From assembly GCF_006345805.1 (NCBI RefSeq), contig NC_043009.1:21080001-21144000 (forward strand): a stretch of DNA of 64,000 nucleotides, given 5' to 3'. The translations under genes and the position numbers were made by a program. The notes under the pieces were generated by a model. It was not told the origin of the DNA. It was given only the letters and a program-made list of their open reading frames with translations, and did no database searches. The DNA comes from Octopus sinensis (Eukaryota). How positions within the stretch are numbered: position 1 is the stretch's first letter; each line of letters begins with the position of its first letter. Positions 37,205-49,345 of this stretch are shown here, piece by piece.

Positions 37205-40200
37205 ACTTATTTTATACAGTGCTCAAGTTTGCTACACCTCATCAGGAAAGGTAGTCAAAAGTGAATGTACAGAACATTGAATAATACGCAGAGAATGAGT
37301 CATAAAAGAAGTAAAAAAATGAGACACCAGGTGTAGTGTTGGCAAATTTTGAGAAGCATGGAAGTTTTGAAGGATATAGTATTCCTGTGTTCATTTGATT
37401 TACCAGAAATCTCCCCCAGACATAGGGTCAATTCCAAAACATCTGATTCCACTTTTTTCTTATGGCAGACAAACCTTTCCAAACCCACAAACAATTAATG
37501 GATGTCCATGCTAGGTAACCATTTTGTATGTTTAAAGCATAGCTTTCCTACATGTTTTAATGTGGGACTGAAAGAATGTACTGACTGGAGGTTTGGGTAA
37601 GAGAATTTTTTCCATGAAGCATCAATGTTGAACAATTTGAGGATAGTTTGTGATTCTTAAAATGTATTGCTATGTAGCAGAAGATCAAGATCAAACAATT
37701 CTATTATATATTGTAGCATTTGATTACCAGAATAGCTGATTGGTTAAGTAGTTTGCTTTCAACTAAGGGGCTTTAAATTCAACTCCACAGCATGGTAGTT
37801 TGGGTAAGTATCTTCTACCGTAGTATTAGGTTGACTAAAATTATTTCAGTTGCTCATTGGGGGCAGAATTTCCAGTTTTGGTTATAAGTTTTCTGTCAGC
37901 TATTTTAGAAACACCATGAAGCTCTTGGATACCATTAGTAGAATGCCCTTTGTTGTAAGTATTGAGGTCAGGTCACCAGTTTGAAGATAACATCCTCAAC
38001 TTCCTCCCATCCTCCACAGAAACCCTGAAAGCATTCCCAGCTGTTGCACTTTCTTGTCTAAGTCAGCAAACCCCACCCAGCAAAGGAATAAGAAATCTCC
38101 TAAGAACTATCTCGGTAAACTTAGCCCCATAACTCACACTTCTGACCCACTCACACCCTTTCTTTCTCTGCTTTGTCCCTCACTCTCATGTCAACCACAC
38201 ACATCACTCTTTCACTTTAAAACCTTCATTATTGTACTTACTGAAAACCCAATTTACACACACACACACACACTATTTCTCACTCTCTCTCTCTTACTTT
38301 CTCTCTCATTCAGCAGGCAAAAAGCAATGGACAAAACTGATTTTTTTTAGTCTCCCTGTCACCAAACTTTTCAACAAATTTTCCAGCAGGTTAATTCTTG
38401 CTACTGTTAACCATCAGTTTCCTGGAATTTCAGAATTCATCATAACTTAGCTTTGATAAGCTTAATTCAAAATATTACTTTCAATTCACAGTTAATTGGT
38501 GTATGAAAGGGAGAATCCTGACTCTTAACAGATTTATTTTAACATTTCTTACATCTGTATGACCATCACTCCTAAATTAAAATGCTAATGCAAAACTAGA
38601 AGTATCTATAAAAAATGAAAAAATTTTTAAAAACTACTTACATCGATGTAATTAGCATTGATATAGTCAGAATCACTATCTTTGCATTTCTCCAAAATCA
38701 CTCGTGAATGATCATCTACAAAACAATATTTATGCAAGTTATACAAGTCAAAGCTTAAAAGTGACACAATAGAATCAAAATCAATGTTTTATAGTTTACA
38801 TCTTAATCTACTTACATGCAACAATATTTTTATATCTATTCTTTGCTTTATTTTCCTGCAGATTGGCAGCTTTGCATGTTGCTTCAGTATTCTGGGATAA
38901 TCTCTGAAAATAAATTTACAAACAAAAATAAAAAAAAGAAATATTTATTTTTGATTTTAGAATTTTGAAATGTTTTAATCACAAATTCAGTTGTGTAATT
39001 TCAGAATCTATTTACATACTAATCTTTAGCACCCTTTTACTTTTAAAAGATGGGGTTCTTTAAATTCTTGATTTTTTTTTCACTTCATACAAATAAATAC
39101 GTTTCCTTGCTAACTTTTTAAAACCAACTGCCATTTACACAAAATATTTACAACTCACATTTATTGAAATTATATGACACAATTACTAAAAGCATATACT
39201 ACAATTACATTTGTGTTTAAATTATACTGCTTGAAGGCATGTTTGAAAAGCAGAAAACACATCTTTACAATATGCACACACTTTGTGTATGTGTGTGTGT
39301 GTGTGTGTGCATGTGTGTGAAGTAAAATGTTCCTGGTGAGAGAGAGAGTAGGCAGCATATAGTTATAAGCTTGCTATTGAAGCCATACTGTAAACAAAGA
39401 ACCCTCACCAAAGTAATAAATTCTAAGAAAGGAATTCTATATTAAAAGCTTTGATTTCCGTACCATTAACATCAAGAACAGGCTCCTATTAACATGTGAC
39501 TGGCAAAGAACAGATAGATATAGACATGTTTCAATAACACCATTCTTTACTTCACACAAACATAAGTAAACACTATTGTAAATGGTCAAATGATGTAGAG
39601 ACTTTGGTGCTATGAAAGGTAAATGGTATGGGAGGCACAGTAGTGGATAAAATGAAAAATTTTTAATAGTTAAAGCAATAAAATTTAATTAAAAGAAAAG
39701 AGTTATAAGTAGGAAGTTAGATTGTGTCTGAAACTCTGGGCACATAGCCACCTGACAGGCAATTTCAAATATCTTCTACACAATTATTTCAATATATTTA
39801 CCTCAACAGAAATTACCAGACAAAACAAAAAAAGAATTTTGAAAATGATACTCACCCTGTATTCAGCACCGAAACCCCCTTCAAAATTTCGTTTATTTTG
39901 AATGTATGACTGAAGTTCATCGACTGGGATGGAATCAGGAATAATGATATCATTTTCCCCAACATTCATATAAATAATTTCATCCTCACACTGGATATCA
40001 GCATTGCTGCCATCTAGTGGACAGGGGAGAATACAACTTTAAAAATTCACTAAAAATTTCTTATTTGTTTGTTTTCTTAATTACAAGACAGACATTTAAT
40101 AAATTATTTTAGTAAATTAAGACCAAAATAATATTTCAGATTAAAAATATGAATTGTGTTAAATTTTAAATTACATTCTAATAACAAACATTGAATTGTA

Positions 40201-42081
40201 AGTTAAAACTAGTTATTTGAAAGGACGTTTCACACACGCACACACACACAACATATTCAGTAGCAAAGAAAATAGGTAAAAGTCCCAACTGCTGTTATAT
40301 AAGATGGTATGATAACAGTAATATGTTGCAATTACTGGTTAAAGCATGAGTACCTGAGAGTTAGTGCAGAGACATTTACTGATAGTTATCAGTCACATGT
40401 AACAGAAAGCTGTAATGAAATGGAGATTAATAACTCAAGACTAACTTCATGGCCAAAGATGAGAGTGTCAGATACTTCTCAGCTCATCTGGTGTCTATGA
40501 GGTTTTCTTAACCTCATAGATAATCAATCTCCAGAGATTATCAGAGATAATCAATCTCCACCCTGGCTGTCGTACCTGGTCATTCACCTGAGCTTTCCAG
40601 ATGAAATTAGCTGCTCTCTGAATACTCTTACCCTCATCGCTCAGAATTACTGAAGCTTCACGGCTACACCACAGATATATAAGAGGAATCAGATGAAATG
40701 TGTAAAAGAGAAGGCTGTGCTGGTTTGGTCGTGTGGTGCTTATGGATGAGGGCAGATGCATAAAGAAATACTGATCACATCAAGTGGATGGAACTTATAG
40801 AAGAGGGAAACCCAGGAAGACATGCGATGAAATATTGAAGGCTGATCTCAAGATGTTGAGTCTTATGGACAAAGGACTAAAAAGATTGGAGTCTTGCAGT
40901 GCTCAAAGAGCCCCACCCACCTAATACAGTGAAAATGACATCCTAAAGCCACTCAGATATGCTTATATGTGTGAAGTCCTGTCCTCCCTCCTCTTTCTAA
41001 GATGTCAAGCATTTCTCCCCATCAATGGTACTACTCAGCTGCTATACTCACTTTAGAGTAGCACATATTCCATTCCATCCCCTCTCTCATGGTCTCTCAC
41101 CTCTACCACCACAATTACTTCCATTCTTCATCCTTGCCCACACTATTTCTACATTAACTTCAGTCACTGCTCTCTCTCTCTCTCCTCCCCCCCTCACTAT
41201 ACACCTTGCTCTTCTGATACCATTTTCAATGCCCTCCCATATCTATCATCATAATCCACATACTACAGCCCCTTCCATATCCCTATATCTCCCTTTCTAT
41301 TTCTGCTACATTTTACACATCATCCCACTACATTATGTTCTATTCTCCTTCCTGAGCCACTCCTATATCTCCCACCTCACCCCTCTCAATACTGGTCATT
41401 TCCCATCATCTGTACCTCCTCCCTCATCCACTATACACTATATTAACCTCTACCTCCACTTGCCTACCCCCCCCTCACACTCTTATGAAAGTATCCACTC
41501 TCTCGTCCCCTCTCATGACTCACTGTTCATATCCTCTCTTATGATCATCTTGTTCCTTGGGAGTTTACTCAAACACCCCACCACTACCTTCTTAACTCCT
41601 TCAGTCATATATATCCTCTATAGCAAGACACCTGGGATCAGTCTTCTATCATACTTTAGCCTTTCAACACCTGGCATAAAGCCACCCACCTCCACCTTTT
41701 CCTCCCAAATACTTCATTTTTAGTGGTGGGAGCCTTTTCCCTTTCATTTTTCCACGTTCTTTTGTGTCTTGCAAGCCACATGGCAATCTCATGAGTGCTG
41801 ATAGCACACAAAAAGCACCTATTACACTCTGTAAAGTGGTTGGCATTAAGAAGGGCATCCAGCTGTAGAAACGAAGCCAAAGATGGCTTTCTGTGGCCTC
41901 GTCAAACTGCTCAAGCCCTGCAAGCATGGCAAACAGATATCAAATGATGACAATCAATCATTCAGTTGCTCGTTCGTTCATTCGTTCATTCATTCATAGT
42001 GAAAATGTTCAAGAGAAAAATACCACATGGTGAATTGTAGTGAAAAATATAAAGAGGAAAATGTACAGAAATTTTATGTTG

Positions 42082-42123
<42 letters not shown>

Positions 42124-43430
42124 ATAAATGTGAAAACTAATTTCTGTGTGTCAGTGTGTCACACCTCGAGCCCCCCTTCACTATTCATTGACACTCCTAC
42201 TATTGCTCATGTTGGGGTGAGACTAATAGTAGACATAGAGACGGTGAGGGCGGTGGCAGAGAGAGAGAGAGAGGGAGGGAGAGGGAGAGAGAGAGAGAGA
42301 AAGAGAGACAAAGAAATTTAGGGAGAGTTGTTGATGTTTTTATTAAAAGCAGTAGTGTTGATGGTGGCGGTGGGAGTAATAATAAGAAAGAGAGAAAGAG
42401 GGACTGAACACTGAACTAACATACTAAAGAGAGACATTTAGTTTTTTTGTGATGGCAATGGGGTGATAGTAATAGTATGAGCTGTAGTTGTGAGAGGTGG
42501 AGGCAGTGGTGGTGGTGGCTGAGAGGGATGAGAGTAAGCGATGTGAAAGACAGTGCTGATGGTGATGGAGGAGAAGGTGGCAAAGTCAAAGGTATTGATG
42601 ATGGTAGTGTCAGAAGTCTGAATGGTGTGTGTATAGCAGATGCGATGGAGATAGTGAGGGTACTGTTGTTTATCATGCAGCTTTGCAATAAGTTCCAAGT
42701 CGGCAAATTATATCATTGTTTTGACGAAAATTGTTCATTGATTGATTGATTGATTGATTCTAGTTTCAGCTTATGAGCTGTGGCCATGCTGGGGCACCGC
42801 CATTTGCTTGAAAATTATTGTTCAAGTTTAATAAAATTTAATATGTACTCAATGCATGGAGTGTCACTGTTGGGTCCAAGGCCTAATGAAGAGCCCTCCA
42901 CAGGAGCTAGCTTAAAAGCCACCTGATAGAGCAGCTTTTAAGCTAGTATATATATATATGTGTGTGTGTGTGTGTCTTCTCAGGCATCCTCCATCCGAAT
43001 GCGCTCAAATTTGATATGTAGATACTGACGGTATCGGGGTGGGTATAAGTCTTGAAAAAATTACAAAAATCGATTCCAGGTGAGAATGCATAACTGCACC
43101 TTCCATTTTTTGTTGTTTTTGTACAGCTTAAAGGCACATTTCTTCCCTGCCAAGCTTATTATTTAAACTATGTTTGTGTTCTCCCAGTCAACAGTACCAT
43201 TACTGGTAATTTAAACTCTTCGGTTGCATATTTGTGTGAATAAAATTGTTTTTCTTTGGAATAGAAAAAAGTCTATCTTTATTTCTTCTTTTGCTGGTGT
43301 CTCAAATTTAGGTTAAATCAGTGTTTCTCAAAGGGGTGGCCTATGGGACGGTCGGACAAGTTGTTTTGAGAAAATTTGGTTTAAATGTTTCACAACTCAG
43401 CACCGTCCTTTGGACGGGAGGCGTTTTGCT

Positions 43431-43479
<49 letters not shown>

Positions 43480-44008
43480 GTATATTTGAAAAGAGAAAAA
43501 AGAATGACTTCATGGGTAGTTCTAATCAGTTTAATTTATTATTTTTTTAATTTTTTAATAATATAAATTTTAGTTCATAGATCTAGTAAGTTCTTTGTTA
43601 ACTTGGGTGAGGAGAATTAAAAAAAAAATTTCTGGTTAACTGCTTAGGAGAACTTTCTGACATTCATTGTCATCTGAGAATTTGGGGTTTTGTGATTCTA
43701 CATATATGGGATTTGAGTATGTTTGGGGTGGGGTTGGAGTTTGTAAATCAGTGTGAGAGTAAAAGACTGTTAATAAATGATAGCTGAAAGAAAGTAATGA
43801 ATGGCCAACACAAAATACTTGATTGGAGTTGCATTTGGGAGGTGGTGGGGTGTTAAAGGAGTGTTTTGTGAAGCTATTTGAATAGTTGACCTTTGATCAG
43901 AAAACTAATGACCAGATGTTTTCCCAGATACTTTCTTTTAGTAATTTTCTATGTTTTAAGAGTAAGATTCATGTCTTTTGATAAAAATGTTTGTTGATAG
44001 AAGTGGTT

Positions 44009-44045
<37 letters not shown>

Positions 44046-44456
44046 AGGCGCCAGTAGCCCAGTGGTTAGGGCAGCAGACTTGCAGTCGTGAGTGTTTATT
44101 GAGTGAAAACACCTAAAAGCTCCATGACGCTCCGGCAGGAGGTGGTGATCCCTGCTGTACTCTTTCAAAACTCTTTATCTCACTCTTTCTTCTGTTGGCC
44201 TGCTCGCTTAGCCGGAGGGGTGGCATCATTCGAAGGCTAAAAAACAATGTGAACGCATTGTGACCAGCGATGTGCAGCAACATCTGATGGTCTGGTCGGT
44301 CACGTGATCTATATATATATATATATTGGTTTGGGAGGTGAGGTGGGGAAGATCATGCTAGCTCACATATTTACTTCCCTACATATAATAAAGAAGTATA
44401 TGTGCATTTCTTTCTCTCTCTATATATACATATATATATATATATACACACACACA

Positions 44457-44489
<33 letters not shown>

Positions 44490-45444
44490 GCATACATTAT
44501 ATATATATATATATATATAGAGCAGAAATTCTTCGCTTGCATTTTTGAGTTTGCTGGCACTGTTAGTTTCGAGCAGATCTTCAGAAGCGATAAGAAGCCT
44601 AAAGGGTATGCTCCCACTTTCAGTGTTTTCAAATCCAAACCAGGGAGTTCTGAGCTGATGATAGAAGTGTCGAGTTTGACTAATCTTGAAACGTACGTTC
44701 TCAAATAACCTTTGCATTTGATTTTTTTAATGTCTCTACCCCCATACTTTCGTGAGTTGAATTGAGCAAACACTATATGAGAGAGGTTTTCTTTAAGTAT
44801 TAGAAATAGTTTTAAAAAAGTTTTTTTAGATGCTATTTCTAATGAGTTCAGTATGCGGCAAAGTAATTTATTTTACTAAGCCCTTTTATATAATGTAATA
44901 ATTTGAATTCGCCTTAAATGGTCCCTTTGCATACTGAATACTTGGTGAAATTGATTAATTAATTAATTTTACCCTCAATTGTTGAAATTATAATTCATCT
45001 CTCTCTATTTAATGCCTCGGATTTTACCGAAAAAAGCATAGTGTTTGCTGATTTTAACCCACGCTGGTGGAAAGGGGAGAGCAGAAATTCTTCGCTTGCA
45101 TTTTTGAGTTTGCTGGCACTGTTAGTTTCGAGCAGATCTTCAGAAGCGATAAGAAGCCTAAAGGGTATGCTCCCACTTTCAGTGTTTTCAAATCCAAACC
45201 AGGGAGTTCTGAGCTGATGATAGAAGTGTCGAGTTTGACTAATCTTGAAACGTACGTTCTCAAATAACCTTTGCATTTGATTTTTTAATGTCTCTACCCC
45301 CATACTTTCGTGAGTTGAATTGAGCAAACACTATATGAGAGAGGTTTTCTTTAAGTATTAGAAATAGTTTTAAAAAAGTTTTTTTAGCTGCTATTTCTAA
45401 TGAGTTCAGTATGCGGCAAAGTAATTTATTTTACTAAGCCCTTT

Positions 45445-45475
<31 letters not shown>

Positions 45476-47531
45476 AACATACATATACATTTATAAGTTT
45501 ACATATATATACAACTTGTCTCCACTTTAAGTGGTCAGCACTTCTTTATGTAACCGTCCTCAACTGTCCATATCACACATATGACCAAACCAGTGCAGTC
45601 TTCTCTCTTGCACACTGAATCTAATTTCTCTTACACTTTTCTCTCAATACACATGAATGGATATATGTGTGTATGTATAATTATATATATGTATATTATC
45701 ATCATCATCATCATCATTTTAACATCCACTTTTCTGTGCTCACATGGGTCAGATGGAATTTGTTCGTGTGGATTTCTTTGCAGCTGGATGCCCTTCCTGT
45801 CATCAAGTTCCAAGTAAGGAAATATTTTGCCATGACTGGACAAGTTCCCCAGAAAATTGAAAACGAAGGACACAGATTGCACAGCAATAGCATTTAATTA
45901 CCACTCTGAAATGATATCACATGATGCCGAGACATGGAGATAGTAACGCTCACACCCTACACACACATATTCATATATATACATAAATATACATATATTC
46001 ATATATATGTATATATATAGATACATTTTCTGCATTTCTTATTAATATATGTACATCTGTCTGTCTGTCTTATCAATTTATACATACATACACATAAACA
46101 TGTGCATACACATACACGCACATACATACATGTACACATATATATTGAAAAACCATGCACAATGGGACATGAAAATTAACTAAGTACAAAATATCTTTGA
46201 ATAACAAAAACAGAAAATAAACCAACACAAATTTGGAAATTCCTTTCATCAGCCATGGCCTAGAAATCAACATGATTTCAGCAGACCCCACTACCCACGT
46301 TCTACCACATATAGTGATCATGTGATGGTATATTCAAAATAAAGAGTGCCCCAATACCCTAAGATATAGAGACAAACTTATCAGTGCATCAGAGATATGC
46401 TAAAGTGCAAGTCATAAGAGTTGTTTTGAAAATTCTGCTTCTCCACAATCATGGACAGGTTTTGAAGATTGAGTGAAACGAAATATTTTGGGGTCCAAAT
46501 CTAGTAATTGTTTTATTTCTGTTCAAAGGCTTTCGTATATAGATGTTTTCGATCTAGTTTGGATTTTTGCAATCAAATTTGATTTTTTTAATTGGTGCTC
46601 AAGCCTTGAAAAAAAAAAGTTAAACTACATCAGCTATCGCAGTGTTCATGAGTTATTTCATCGAACTTTCCAGATATCAATTGGTGGGCTCTACTGGACG
46701 AGTTAGATAAGATAGACATGTATTCTCTTACGGCTGATGCAGTTTAATTCTTTTTTTTTCAAGGCTTGAGCACCAATTGAAAAATTCAAATTTGATTGCA
46801 AAGAATTCAAATTTGATGGCAAAGAATCCAAACTAGATCGAAAGCATCTATAATTCTGAACCAATAATAATAATAATAATGATTTCAAATTTTGGCACAA
46901 AGCCAGCTGTTTTGGGGAAGGGCTAAGTCGATTAAATTGACCCCAGTGTTCAACTGGTACTTATCTTATTGACCCCGAAAGAATGAAAGGCAAAGTTGAC
47001 CTTAGCAGAATGTGAACTCAGAATGTAAATACAGATGAAAGGCTGGTAAGCATTTTGCCTGGCATGCTAATGATTCTGCCAGCTCACTGCAGCAGCAGCA
47101 GCAGTAGTAGTAGTTATAATTATAATAATGATACTAATACTTCCAAATTTTGGCACAGGCCTGCAATTTTAAAGGGAGATTGTTAGTTAATATGACTGAT
47201 ACCATTACTTGACTAGTGCTTCATTTTATTGACTATGGCGGGATGAAAGGCAAAGAATCATAACAACAACAACAACAGCGACACTACAACAGCAACAACC
47301 ACAACAACAACGATAAGAAGATCATCAACAAAAGTTATTTCTAATTTAGGGCCAAGATCAGCAATTTTGAGGGAGAAACTAGATAATTACATTGGTCCCA
47401 GTACTTGAATGGTACTTTATTTATTGACCTTGACAAAGGTGAGATTTGAACTCAGAATGTATTGAGCCACAAGAAATATTGCTGAGCACTTTTTTCTCAT
47501 ATGGTAATGATTCTTCCAGCTCAATACCTTC

Positions 47532-47585
<54 letters not shown>

Positions 47586-47865
47586 GCGATTTCAAATTTT
47601 GGCACAAGGCTAGAAAGTTCAGGGAAGTTGATTAAATGTACTCCACTGGTACTTTGTTTATCGACCCTGAAAGGATGAAAGGCAAAGCTGAGCTTGGTGG
47701 AATTTCAACAAAATGCCACTAAGCATTTTGTCTAGCATCCTAAGGATTCTGCCAGTTTATAGTAATTTATAATTATATAGTAGTTTATAGTAATTTATAT
47801 TACTCTTTATAGTAATAATGATAGCACTTAAATATATACATGAGCATATGTATACATATACACAA

Positions 47866-47909
<44 letters not shown>

Positions 47910-49308
47910 CAAAGACTTCCATACTCTTCCTAAACTCTTTAATATTCACATTCTGTTGACTGCAACACTCATTTATTCACAATGTTATGAATTCATTAAT
48001 CATTACCTCATAGTTTCGAAAGTTTGATGATGTGATTGTTTCTTTTAAGAATAACAATGTAGGGTAAATGTGACAGGCTGGATCTGGTTAGTTTGAATAT
48101 AAAATGGGTAGAATATTTGGGCTGTTTAAATGCTAATGGCGTAATACATTCCCACATATTCAAATGTGAATATGCTCACCACAGGAGAACAATTTCTCTT
48201 TCCAGACTTGATTCATTAGCATAAAGGGTCTCTGGAATACCTAGTGCTTTGATATCATTGAGTCTCATCAGCCACAGACACTCCAGACTGATGAATTTAA
48301 CATGAGTTAATGGTTCTTGTTTATAATTTCAACACAATTTGCTGATGTATGCTGATATCTGCCAATCAATAATAAGCCATCATATGCATGTATATATCTC
48401 AAAGTAACAGGTGAACTAGTGCCCAGTACACCCTGTAAAGTGTTTGGCATTAGAAAGTGGGGTGTCCAGCCATAAAAATTAATCCAAAGTAGATCCGTTT
48501 GGTTTCTGTTGAACCATCAAATCCATACTAGCACAGAACATTACTGTTAAATTATTATGAAAATGATGAACATATCAATGTCCACATACATAAGTGCTTA
48601 TATAACCAAAGACTATACTTTTGGTTCTCTTTATGCCCTATTTCTGCCAATAAGTCCCTCTCTATCAGTCTGTTTTGTTTTAGCTATTCCAGATTTTTAT
48701 GTTTTTGTATGACATCCGATTGAGAGTAGTGACCTCTGACAGTGTTATTCTCTGAGAGTGGTGACCTCTGATAGCTATGAACCTTTGATACCTGATCATT
48801 AGCTAGGGTGATCTGTGATTGTTGTAACTTTTGAAAATGGTGAGGTCATTATGGAAAAATCCTTGCAACACATGTACATGACTGAATGAGGAATTGAACC
48901 AGGTTTGGTTTCATTAGATCAGTCCAGTGTAATGGAAGACCACATTCCATTGTGATGATGTGACCAAACAGAGGCCAACCTGACTTCACAGTGCTATGGC
49001 TGTGTTTTGGAGATTTTGTTTGGTCAATAAATCTTCATGAGGCAACAGTTTCTGTGAAAGAAATTCAAACTTTTCATTTCGTCCTTCATTCTTTTCTCCT
49101 TAAATATTTTGCACAGAGAGCCAAATCACAGGCCACAGAAATTTATTTCACAATAGAATGGAATCATGATGGATCTTTGGAAGTGGTGCTTCATGAACAT
49201 CATGAAGAGAGTGGATGATGTTGACATTGGTGATGAAAGCAATACTGATGAGGAAAGTGATAGTCAAATCAATGATGATAATGATGATGATGAAGACAGC
49301 AATAATGG

Positions 49309-49345
<37 letters not shown>

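Larger units (their letters stand above)
44519..45452 (+). mobile_element. Retrozyme-like tandem element: 559-bp period, ~1.67 copies, in a (TA)n tract
   Basis: 44519-44894 is repeated at 45078-45452 (1 indel, 1 substitution); one hammerhead motif per copy; no recognisable coding content. Confidence 0.75.

Noticed and set aside
41025-41723. 232-aa ORF
   Set aside because: Pyrimidine-rich low-complexity spacer between an RTE fragment and its tail; no domain. Similar tracts occur at 11650-12180 and 63400-63660.
44304-45327. ORFs overlapping the 559-bp repeat
   Set aside because: Short, run into microsatellites, and show no GIY-YIG or RT motifs.
44519-45452. TRIM/mini-LTR interpretation (direct repeats with a purine tract before the second)
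   Set aside because: No TG...CA termini, no PBS and no integrase-type TSD; the hammerhead tandem model fits better.
48180-48240. Possible extra juxtamembrane exon (IPETLYANESSLE) with a GTGAGC donor
   Set aside because: 61 nt would shift the frame, the acceptor is weak, and the flanking exons already join in phase.
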